Source: a virus (lineage: Duplodnaviria; Heunggongvirae; Uroviricota; Caudoviricetes). From it: a stretch of DNA of 64,000 bases. The translations under genes and the position numbers were made by a program. Below are positions 40,780 to 49,273 of the stretch, one piece after another. Each line of letters begins with the position of its first letter. The stretch's first letter is position 1. The stretch spans positions 64,001-128,000 of IMG/VR virus record IMGVR_UViG_3300044557_000292, one strand, 5' to 3'. Below the pieces are notes generated by a model. That model was not told where the DNA came from. It saw only the letters and a program-made list of their open reading frames with translations, and made no database searches.

Positions 40780-41639
40780 TCCCTGGTAAGAGATTCCTCG
40801 TACTCATCCTCCGCATCTGCAAGTACGTCTGCCGTCCATTCCGGGACGTCGTCCCAGGGATAGGGTTCTAGGGTGAGGCCATACAGGCAGTCTGCCTGCA
40901 TGATTTGGCTCACACCGTCAACCCTGGTGGGCCCATCTGGTCCAATGACCATATCACCGATCTTAACCCCGCCCATCGTCGTCTCTGTTCCATCGGCCAG
41001 TGGGATGATCGTGTCGAGGGTGAGTGGTCCTCCGCAGTTATGGGTCGGCACGCCGCTCTTCATGACCTCATCGTACTCATCCTTGTCAACGCGATACTCG
41101 ACACCGTTGCTCGATGGGATCGTCTTCAAATCGGGCTGATCGGTATTCGACCAATTGCCCTTCTGATCAGTATGCTCGAGTAGGCTAGAGTCATTGCTAG
41201 ATGCGAGTAGGAATGTGTGCGTCGGTGAGTCAACCCTAAGGCACTGCACCTTGATCTTGTCAGCATCATTGTCATCAACGAGCAGGCAACTCTTCACCAT
41301 CCAATGCTTGACTGCACCATCCGGCGTCATGATCGGCGCGAGGATTGGGTGATGACCCCTGGTAGTCCACGTGGCGATGTCCCCCGTGCTCGCCTCAGTC
41401 TCCCCCCTGTATGCTAGGGGGACGTCTGACGATGATGGGTCAAGTGGCCATACGTGACCAGCGTCAGCATTGTATGAATCCACATGACCATACGTGTCAA
41501 CGAACGTGATCCTGTAAAGCTCGCTCGGAGTCTCAGCACTAGTCTTGGAGAGGACTATCGAGATTCTTCCATCGGCATCAATAGTCCTATCGCCAGTCTT
41601 CACGTCAGCAAGACGCTTCGGCATCATCATCCATCTCAT
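40776..41639 (-). CDS. Fractured FtsK/SpoIIIE ATPase, micro-extein piece: long intein C-part + CGG + short intein N-part
   Basis: KRLADVKTGD...ADAGHVW...VQCLRVDSPTHTFL...VPTHN|CGG|PLTLDTIIPLADG...VKIGD...LYGLTL; start placed at the ATG 6 nt after CATATCTT (ORF track start 41675). Confidence 0.88.
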   Translation of the reverse strand: MRWMMMPKRLADVKTGDRTIDADGRISIVLSKTSAETPSELYRITFVDTYGHVDSYNADAGHVWPLDPSSSDVPLAYRGETEASTGDIATWTTRGHHPILAPIMTPDGAVKHWMVKSCLLVDDNDADKIKVQCLRVDSPTHTFLLASSNDSSLLEHTDQKGNWSNTDQPDLKTIPSSNGVEYRVDKDEYDEVMKSGVPTHNCGGPLTLDTIIPLADGTETTMGGVKIGDMVIGPDGPTRVDGVSQIMQADCLYGLTLEPYPWDDVPEWTADVLADAEDEYEESLTRD

Positions 41640-41766
41640 GTCATGAAGATATGAGTCTTCAATCATTCTATGCATATGTGATCACGTGTGTCCATATTGA
41701 ATTCGATGATAGATTACATGTGTTATTAATGGTGTCTGATCTTGATTGATTATAATGATGGAGGAT

Positions 41767-42558
41767 ATGATGGGTGATCATGGGGAGCCACCGGAGGAGG
41801 GCGCTACCTGGGTGGAGGACTACGAGCGCGCGGGCGTCCACGTCTCCGGGTACTGGCGTGGTAGGGATGGGCATAAGATCTATCAGGTGGAGGAGTCGGG
41901 GCCACGGTCCCTTGGAGGCGGCTTTGACCCTGGGGATTCTAACGTTCTTAGGAAGAAGAGACCTGGCGAGCGTGACTGGGATCGCGTGAACGTGAGGATC
42001 GAGAATCTTATCCATAAGGAAGGTCGTCTATCGAAGGGGGACGTTGAGGGTCTTAAGGACACGACCGTACAGCTCATCATGTCAAAGCGTAAGATTAACA
42101 GGGGTACCTATGATAACGCTCGCGTCGCATACGAGATAGATCCAGACTCTGCCAGCATGGATGAGTACGTTGCCCTCAGTCTTTACTCCCACATCACCGC
42201 CGTCAAACTAGCTGAGTCAAAGAAACTTGACAAGAACAAGGTTGGTCTCCTCATTCATAATGGTGGTGATCTAGCCATTGAAGCCCTGGCGTCTAATCCA
42301 GATCTCCCAGACGACTGCTGGGAGATGGTTGAGTCGCAGTGCAGCTGGAATGAGGGCGTGTGCGCAAGACTTGCCTGCAATCCGTCATGGCCTAACGCTA
42401 ATGCAGCCGGGAGGCTGTATGCGAGTGGACAATGGGGTGAGATACCGGCCATGGGCGTTACGTTATTAGAACGCGGTGATCTTGATGATGACGTGAAGCG
42501 GGGTATCTTGAAGATGAATGATCAGTGGAATAAGGATCGTCGCTGGTATAATGGTTAA
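41767..42558 (+). CDS. GATWV-tag family protein with LRV/HEAT-like helical body
   Basis: MMGDHGEPPEEGATWVEDYERAGVHVSGYWRGRDG; ALASNPDLP, LACNPSWP. Confidence 0.87.
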   Translation: MMGDHGEPPEEGATWVEDYERAGVHVSGYWRGRDGHKIYQVEESGPRSLGGGFDPGDSNVLRKKRPGERDWDRVNVRIENLIHKEGRLSKGDVEGLKDTTVQLIMSKRKINRGTYDNARVAYEIDPDSASMDEYVALSLYSHITAVKLAESKKLDKNKVGLLIHNGGDLAIEALASNPDLPDDCWEMVESQCSWNEGVCARLACNPSWPNANAAGRLYASGQWGEIPAMGVTLLERGDLDDDVKRGILKMNDQWNKDRRWYNG

Positions 42559-42717
42559 TCCCGTAAGACGGGGCAATGATTCCTAATATGACTACTCAAC
42601 AGAATCATATCCTGATGGTCCAGATGGCTATCACTCTAACACTCTTTAATCGGCCAGCATGAGATAAGAGGATAGACGCGAGATTGCAAGAATGAAACAC
42701 TGGGTACCATACAATGC

Positions 42718-43119
42718 ATGAGGTTGATAAAGAGCGCGATGCAAGAACATGATCAAACGATAATCGGATGCAGCCTGCTCATCGAGTATGATGGTCTTGC
42801 TAGCGAGCAGAGGGTTATTATCGTCCCCATTGAGGGATGCAACTCCTACACGATTAGGAAGCTCAAGGAATGTCATTCACCTCTTCATGATCTTACCAGC
42901 GAGCCCAACGTATCATTACTGAGGCCAATGTTCCTTGGATCCATCCTCACTGGCAGTAATGCTATTCTTGATGAGGGTACGTTGCGCACACTATCTGTAA
43001 GAAAGATTATTAGGATGATGATCACCGGCACTATGCTTGATGGATCCGTGGTGAAGATCGACATTGATCCGAATGATTCCAATCTGCGTGATGATCTCAA
43101 CCAGGTGTTAGGATTGTAG
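42718..43119 (+). CDS. Hypothetical protein
   Basis: 133-aa ORF only; start uncertain. Confidence 0.5.
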   Translation: MRLIKSAMQEHDQTIIGCSLLIEYDGLASEQRVIIVPIEGCNSYTIRKLKECHSPLHDLTSEPNVSLLRPMFLGSILTGSNAILDEGTLRTLSVRKIIRMMITGTMLDGSVVKIDIDPNDSNLRDDLNQVLGL

Positions 43120-43434
43120 GGATAACAGAAATAGTCGATTTTCGTTAAACAAGTAGATCTAATCTACAAGCTCTATAAGATAATTGGGGCGCTTGGACCA
43201 CGTTTCAGGGTGGCTGCTAATTGGGGGGCGGACGGCAGAGAATAAGAATGCTGATTGACCTTGTAATTAGATCTCGTGATTCTATGACGATTCAGCGCTC
43301 AGGAAGTAACGTTATACATGAGGACGCTTTTCCAAGCATCATCGTTAAGATTATCATCAGAAGCACAGTAGCCCGTTACGTTCTGGCAATAGTTGAATCT
43401 CATTTGATCTTATGGATCATATAATGCCGCAATC

Positions 43435-44091
43435 TCACTGCTCTTTACGCAGTATAGCATTCTTGATGAGTGTCATGGTCGTGTCACTGCTGGATATCTC
43501 ATCCGCGCACTTCTTGAGCAGCTCGTGAATAGAGCCATCCTCGTCTCTAACATTCCTCTTATAGTTGATCTGATGCTCTAGTGATGACCATGCGTCCATT
43601 GCGATCGTCCTGATTTGAATCTCCGCCTTGATCTTCCCATCACCTGGAATCGTGACGATAAGGTGATAACTCCTGTAACCACTAGGCTTGGGACGGGCTA
43701 TGTAGTCTTTCTCCTCGATGACTGAGCCTCCCCTTCCTACGATAAGATCTTTTATGATTCCAACGGCGTCATAGACGTTGTCCGTGAAGCTGCACACGAC
43801 GCGAACACCAACCACATCATGCATCATGTTAACGGCCGTGCGCCCATCTAAACCCATATTGTTTTTTGAGAGCTTCTCCATCATTGACGACGGATCTTTG
43901 ATCCTACCATTCACGTACTCAATCGGCTCGACGCCGGGCTCCTCACCCCTGCCCATCTGGTCAGAGCAGTCGCGGAGTATCTTCATAAGCCATTGGTACG
44001 CTGAGGTCAACATTTGTAATGATTCACCATAATATTCTTCATAGGAAGTCCTGTCCCCAATGATTCCATCTGGAGCGGCCATTGTGATCAT
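43435..44091 (-). CDS. Small alarmone (p)ppGpp synthetase (RelA_SpoT domain, RelP/RelQ-like)
   Basis: GRIKDPSSMMEKL, DVVGVRVVC, KDYIARPKPSGYRSYHL, EIQIRTIAMDAWSSLEH. Confidence 0.95.
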   Translation of the reverse strand: MITMAAPDGIIGDRTSYEEYYGESLQMLTSAYQWLMKILRDCSDQMGRGEEPGVEPIEYVNGRIKDPSSMMEKLSKNNMGLDGRTAVNMMHDVVGVRVVCSFTDNVYDAVGIIKDLIVGRGGSVIEEKDYIARPKPSGYRSYHLIVTIPGDGKIKAEIQIRTIAMDAWSSLEHQINYKRNVRDEDGSIHELLKKCADEISSSDTTMTLIKNAILRKEQ

Positions 44092-44261
44092 ATTCCCAGC
44101 ATCCTTCTAATTCTCATATGACCTATGATATCATTTTATTGTTATCTTGTCACATCATGTCCAATAGATGAGCTCACGATTCGGCTTAATCTTAACTATA
44201 TCTTATTAGTGACGGGAATTAGCATCAGGTTAATTTTAATTATATAGAGAAGATAAGAAGA

Positions 44262-45284
44262 GTGACTATGAAAGAGGGCCAACAGGTTAAAAAGGATGCG
44301 ATCAATAAGGAAGATCTTGAGGCAGATAAGACGAATCACACGTCTAATGTTCAGATTAGTCGCAAGAGCAAGAAGAGTCTATTCACAACTACGATTATAG
44401 CGTCCGCGGGCGCTGCGGTCACTGCGTCATTATTGACTAGCAAACTTACAGGCTATCTTAACAGTATGGCTATTGTTGCTGTAACGTCAATCGTGATAGC
44501 CATAGCTTCAGAAGCGTACTCTAGAGTACTAAAGAAGATGAGGAAGGTAAGCGCTAAAGCTCTCACGATCATACCTCTTCCAGAGCAAACGCAAAGACGA
44601 TTAGAACTCGCCGCAGCTGACACCGCGCAGATTGAACCGATAGTAACCACGCTAACCAGCAATGCATCTACAGATCATGATAGCATTGACATGCCGGTTG
44701 ATGACACGATTCCCCATAAGACGGTTAGGAGTAGGTTAAAGTCAATTGTTGATCGTCTTAGCTGGACTACGAGAATGATCATCATGGTTATGATCATAGC
44801 CATCATGTCTATAGGAGCTAGCTGGCTCATGACGACGATCATTGACCGTCCTAACGTGACGAACGTGACTGAGAGCGTGACGAGGAAAGAAGTGATCAAC
44901 CTATCTGATTCCGAGAAGAAGGCTATTCAAGATGCTGCCGTCAACGCTGTTCAGGATAAGATCTCATCATTGACTGCTAAGATAAACGATCAATCGTACA
45001 TGATAATCAAGCTTGATGATAGGATTAGTGTTCTGGAATCTAGTAAATCAAACAATGATTCAAACAATTCAACAGCAAGCCAATCACCATCAATGAGATC
45101 ATCAAATGGCACCACGCCCGGCAATCAAGATGAACAGGATGAGATTGACTCGCTGAATGATCAGATGGCAGATTTGAAGAAGTCTATGTCTAGTCTTCAA
45201 AATGAGGTCAACACGTTGAAGAGTGAAGCGTCATCAACCAGCAGTAGTGATAATCCCCGAGCGGGATCATCGTCCAATGATTAG
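44262..45284 (+). CDS. Membrane protein with coiled-coil C-terminus
   Basis: Three hydrophobic segments, heptad-like stretches, Ser/Asn-rich linkers. Confidence 0.75.
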   Translation: MTMKEGQQVKKDAINKEDLEADKTNHTSNVQISRKSKKSLFTTTIIASAGAAVTASLLTSKLTGYLNSMAIVAVTSIVIAIASEAYSRVLKKMRKVSAKALTIIPLPEQTQRRLELAAADTAQIEPIVTTLTSNASTDHDSIDMPVDDTIPHKTVRSRLKSIVDRLSWTTRMIIMVMIIAIMSIGASWLMTTIIDRPNVTNVTESVTRKEVINLSDSEKKAIQDAAVNAVQDKISSLTAKINDQSYMIIKLDDRISVLESSKSNNDSNNSTASQSPSMRSSNGTTPGNQDEQDEIDSLNDQMADLKKSMSSLQNEVNTLKSEASSTSSSDNPRAGSSSND

Positions 45285-45497
45285 ATGCACGATTAGTGAA
45301 AGATCGTTAGGAGTAGTCTTAGCAATATTGTTGAACGTCCTGCTCCCAGTGAAGATATCCTTTACCGCATCTATGGACCATACGATCCAGTCAAACACCC
45401 AGGCGAAGAACTTGAACGGGTTTCCGAACACGGATATGATCGCGAGACCAAGACCAATGGCCAGTATCATGATTAAGATCTTCTTGATCATAAGCAC
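45267..45497 (-). CDS. Small membrane protein
   Basis: 76 aa, hydrophobic N-half. Confidence 0.55.
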   Translation of the reverse strand: MLMIKKILIMILAIGLGLAIISVFGNPFKFFAWVFDWIVWSIDAVKDIFTGSRTFNNIAKTTPNDLSLIVHLIIGR

Positions 45498-45667
45498 GCC
45501 CCTTGTTCACATGAAGTAAGAACAATATGAAATCTATCATTGTAATGAAGATATCAATGGATTGCCACTAAAACTCAAATAAGAATTATCTTGATCTGGG
45601 ATATCTTGTATACAAATGTATACATTCTCTATTAAAATGTCTTTATTAAGGAATCGTTAGGAGCATC

Positions 45668-46540
45668 ATGCAGAGAATCGTAACCCATAGCAGAAGATCA
45701 ATAGGAATCATAGCCGTCATCACGTCAGTCATACTGACTGCGGGATGCTCCTCATCATGGCTAGTTGAGAAAACCAATCAGTCCTATGAGTCTCATGGAG
45801 TGTCGTCTGCCCCATCGTCTTCAAGTGAAGGCGCTAATGATTCTGGGAGCACGTCAGATTCTAATGGTAATGACGAGACAAGCAGCCCAGATGATCTTAC
45901 CCTTCTGTCATCATGGAATTCTAGCGAAGCGCCGAACTATTACGCCGTGACCGGTAAGGCGAATCTCCCATCTGATCTGGTGGCACCAGGCAAGGTTGAC
46001 TACCAGGGACTGGATAGCCTTGGCAGGACTGGATACGCTCACGCTAACATCACGGGGAAGATGATATCCGACTCCGCGGGGTGGCGCGCACCGTTTGATG
46101 ATACAGCGGACGAGATCTCAGGATGGAGGAATCCCACGACCGGGAGGAGTAATAACGGTAAGACTAGCATCGTGCTTGACACGGGCAAGACCTACCACGG
46201 GTACTTCTACAACAGGTCTCACCTCGTGGCCGACTCCCTGGGCGGGGCGGCCACGAGAACCAACCTGATAACCGGTACGAGGATGCAGAACGTTGGCGAT
46301 AACTCCTCCAAACCGGGCGGCATGGCCTACACGGAATCACAAGTCCGTGATTATTCTAAAACCCATAATGCCGTGACGTTCGCATATTACGTTCAACCAG
46401 TCTATAAGGGCAACGAGATTGTACCTAGGGGCGTCACGGTAGACGTGAAGAGTTCTGACGGTGCTATTGACGAGCACGTGGTCGTGTGGAATTACGCGAA
46501 CGGGCACACGATAGACTATAATACTGGAGCATGGAAGTAA
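45668..46540 (+). CDS. Lipoprotein DNA/RNA non-specific endonuclease (streptodornase/EndA-like)
   Basis: Lipobox LTAGC; LDSLGRT, NRSHLVADSLGG, NLITGTRMQN, GGMAYTE, PVYKGNEIVPRG. Confidence 0.92.
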   Translation: MQRIVTHSRRSIGIIAVITSVILTAGCSSSWLVEKTNQSYESHGVSSAPSSSSEGANDSGSTSDSNGNDETSSPDDLTLLSSWNSSEAPNYYAVTGKANLPSDLVAPGKVDYQGLDSLGRTGYAHANITGKMISDSAGWRAPFDDTADEISGWRNPTTGRSNNGKTSIVLDTGKTYHGYFYNRSHLVADSLGGAATRTNLITGTRMQNVGDNSSKPGGMAYTESQVRDYSKTHNAVTFAYYVQPVYKGNEIVPRGVTVDVKSSDGAIDEHVVVWNYANGHTIDYNTGAWK

Positions 46541-46589
46541 ACAGTACGTATGATCTTATGAATCAGTGGGATCAGTAATGATCGCCTTG

Positions 46590-47219
46590 CTAATCTGGAA
46601 GGGCAGATCGTCCATCAGATGAATACACGCCATCTGGTTCATCGTTTACCTCGTCATCTTGATAATATTCAAGAAGTTTGTCTGATGTTTCCTTCTTCAT
46701 GGCTAAACGCAAGTTCGACTCGACCACATTACGATTCTTATCTCGATGCACCGTCTCATCGGCATAGACGTCTCCGTACTTCGTTGGTATAAGATACGTC
46801 TCGCGAGTATATGAGTCATTGGGATCATTGACTGCTGACGAGAAGTCATCGGGTTCTATAGGAGTAATTCGGAGTAATTCTGGCTTACCTATTGGATACT
46901 TGGCCGGCGCGCCGTTGATCAGCACGTCGTTCATGTTACTGAGAACAGTGCCATCCTCCATATCCTCACCGAAACCAGAGTATGTCGCATAATCCCCCTT
47001 GGGAAGAATGGGCTGGCCATTCCTGTCGATTTTTGGACTAGTTTTAACTAGATTCTCCTTCTTGAGCACTGGACTAGCAAACGTTGTACTAGTTGATTCC
47101 AGTGATTGAAGTCTCTTCCCGTTCGGCCCCCTCCAGTACCCGGTGACGTGGACGCCCGCGCGCTCGTAGTCCTCGACCCAGGTAGCGCCCTGTACTGGTG
47201 GCTCACCATGATCACTCAT
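46590..47219 (-). CDS. GATWV-tag family protein
   Basis: MSDHGEPPVQGATWVEDYERAGVHVTGYWRGPNG; AAGGAGG SD. Confidence 0.88.
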   Translation of the reverse strand: MSDHGEPPVQGATWVEDYERAGVHVTGYWRGPNGKRLQSLESTSTTFASPVLKKENLVKTSPKIDRNGQPILPKGDYATYSGFGEDMEDGTVLSNMNDVLINGAPAKYPIGKPELLRITPIEPDDFSSAVNDPNDSYTRETYLIPTKYGDVYADETVHRDKNRNVVESNLRLAMKKETSDKLLEYYQDDEVNDEPDGVYSSDGRSALPD

Positions 47220-47258
47220 CTTATTCCTCCTTCATTACACGTTATTGAATAAATTAAG

Positions 47259-48275
47259 CTACCTGTTCATATATTCTGGGAGTACGTCCCTAATCATGTC
47301 CGCGGCCTCATGGAAGCTGGCTGCCGCCCATTGGTCGCCGTCATATTCAGCATCGTCTCCCGCATCGTCATACTGATCAACTTTGTCCAGGAGTTCGTGG
47401 GCAGCTATTGACGCCGATGTGGAATCAATGAATGAGTTGTGTTTAACGATGCCATCAATATCGCTCGCAACCGACCCATAAACAATCTTTGAGTGGTCAT
47501 CAGTAACGTCTCTCCTAGACCTCATGTAGGAATCTTTGAGCTTGGACACCCTGTCCTTGAATTCTAATCCAATTGGGCTGGTATCACTAACGGGTATCTT
47601 CCAAGCGTCATTCTTATCTACGCCCTCGTACACGTCTGAGGTCAATTCCCCATCACTGCTCATGTGGAGGATCACAGCGTCATCATTGCCCGTCTTGTCA
47701 TTGTACACGTATCCTCTGTAATCACCTGGTAACAAGCGATTGGAAAGAACAGCACCGTAAGCCTCATCTACGTCTCCATCCTGGTCTCCTATAACGCTGA
47801 GGTAGAGGTTCCTGGTTGACCCAGAATCTAGCCTTAGAGTCGGAGCGTAATTGCTCTCATCAACGGAGCTAACGGAAGGATCGATGATTAGTGATGCCTC
47901 TTCAACGTGAGCGCCATTAAGATCTGCTTCCATTGCCTTCGTAATCTCGGTTTGAGACCTTACCCGGCCTCCATTCCCTAGATCGTTCATGATGCGTCTA
48001 ATATTACCCGGATTGCCATTATGGTCAGCCTTGCTCGCAGCGGTCTGAAGGGCTGTCCATTGAGCTTTGGCTTCCTTGCTGGCAAAATTGGAGTGGCCAG
48101 CCTTCTTCTTACTCAAGACGTTTACAGGAGTGCTTGGCCTGCCACCATTAGATTCTCCGATGATGATCTTATGGCCATCTTTACCCCTCCAGTAGCCTGA
48201 CACGTGAGAGCCGGCTCTCTCGTACCCCTCAACCCACGTAGCACCCTGTTCTGGTGGTTCCACATGATCTTCCAT
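47259..48275 (-). CDS. GATWV-tag family protein
   Basis: MEDHVEPPEQGATWVEGYERAGSHVSGYWRGKDG; GGAGG SD before 48275. Confidence 0.87.
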   Translation of the reverse strand: MEDHVEPPEQGATWVEGYERAGSHVSGYWRGKDGHKIIIGESNGGRPSTPVNVLSKKKAGHSNFASKEAKAQWTALQTAASKADHNGNPGNIRRIMNDLGNGGRVRSQTEITKAMEADLNGAHVEEASLIIDPSVSSVDESNYAPTLRLDSGSTRNLYLSVIGDQDGDVDEAYGAVLSNRLLPGDYRGYVYNDKTGNDDAVILHMSSDGELTSDVYEGVDKNDAWKIPVSDTSPIGLEFKDRVSKLKDSYMRSRRDVTDDHSKIVYGSVASDIDGIVKHNSFIDSTSASIAAHELLDKVDQYDDAGDDAEYDGDQWAAASFHEAADMIRDVLPEYMNR

Positions 48276-48364
48276 TCTATCCTCCATTCGTATGCCTTTG
48301 TAAAAATCTAACGAAGGATTAATCAATGGAATTCGCTCAAGAAGGTCTAGTTAGGGTAACCGTC

Positions 48365-48685
48365 TCATTCTGACATAAGATCTTCAATGAACTTACGCAC
48401 GACTGGTATGGGGGCCCGCACTCCCTGCGATTTGGCCTGAAGATTAATTCTTATAGCCAGCTTCCGCGCGTCAACATCGTGACTACCCCCGTTAAGAGCG
48501 TAGATCCTCTGGCGCAATGCTTCCCTCTTCGCCGGATCAGACTCAACGGCTGATCCCAACGCTGCGAATCCTGCAAGTGATGGGACTCCTGATTTCCTTG
48601 ACTTCTTATCCATAATCATCTTCTCCAGTTCAATAGGAACAATGAACCGTACAGCATCATGAACACGCCGATTACAAGATTCCAC
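48365..48685 (-). CDS. Small basic hypothetical protein (true start probably near 48616)
   Basis: ORF coupled to the stop of the upstream gene. Confidence 0.55.
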   Translation of the reverse strand: MESCNRRVHDAVRFIVPIELEKMIMDKKSRKSGVPSLAGFAALGSAVESDPAKREALRQRIYALNGGSHDVDARKLAIRINLQAKSQGVRAPIPVVRKFIEDLMSE

Positions 48686-49191
48686 GAGCCAATGAATGGT
48701 ATTGGCCAGGCGAGGGACGAGAGTAGCGAGATGACCGTAAACACGAGACCAATGCCCATGATTGTAAAGATGAACGTCATCATCCCCTGGGAGTATGATG
48801 AGGATTTGTCATCATATCCTTCCTTGTGAAGAGTGTCCTTAGTCTTATTAGCATCATCTTGAGTCATCGCGTCAATGAACTTCATGATGTCGGAATCAGC
48901 ATCAATATCGGGAGTGACATTAGCTTCAGACGTATTGTCCTCTTCTGCGGAAGAACTAACATTGGAATCGTCAGACAGGCCAGATTGTCTATCAACGTCA
49001 CGTTTGCTAGCACCCTTGGACATTGCAGAGTCGACTGAATCAACTATGGAATCAATGTCATGATCAGATTCGTCTTTAGTTAAATGATCATGATCAATAA
49101 CGTCCTCATTGTTGTCCTCATGATCAAGTCCGTCATACATCTTGTTAATCTCATTCTGAATCGTGTCATTCAGCTTATTCTCTACGGCCAT
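48616..49191 (-). CDS. Acidic protein with two C-terminal TM segments
   Basis: 191 aa; leaderless CATATCTT-N6-ATG start. Confidence 0.75.
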   Translation of the reverse strand: MAVENKLNDTIQNEINKMYDGLDHEDNNEDVIDHDHLTKDESDHDIDSIVDSVDSAMSKGASKRDVDRQSGLSDDSNVSSSAEEDNTSEANVTPDIDADSDIMKFIDAMTQDDANKTKDTLHKEGYDDKSSSYSQGMMTFIFTIMGIGLVFTVISLLSSLAWPIPFIGSWNLVIGVFMMLYGSLFLLNWRR

Positions 49192-49273
49192 GAGGATAAG
49201 ATATGTTAGCGCGGCGCCCCTCCCTGTTCTTGTTTAAGGGCGCTTCGATCGGTAAGACGCATATCTTAATCAT

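Noticed and set aside
27616-41675. FtsK pieces as pseudogene debris or group I/II intron exons
   Set aside because: Each piece is an intact ORF with complementary intein motifs and its own promoter-like motif; junctions fit protein splicing and no intron RNA features were seen
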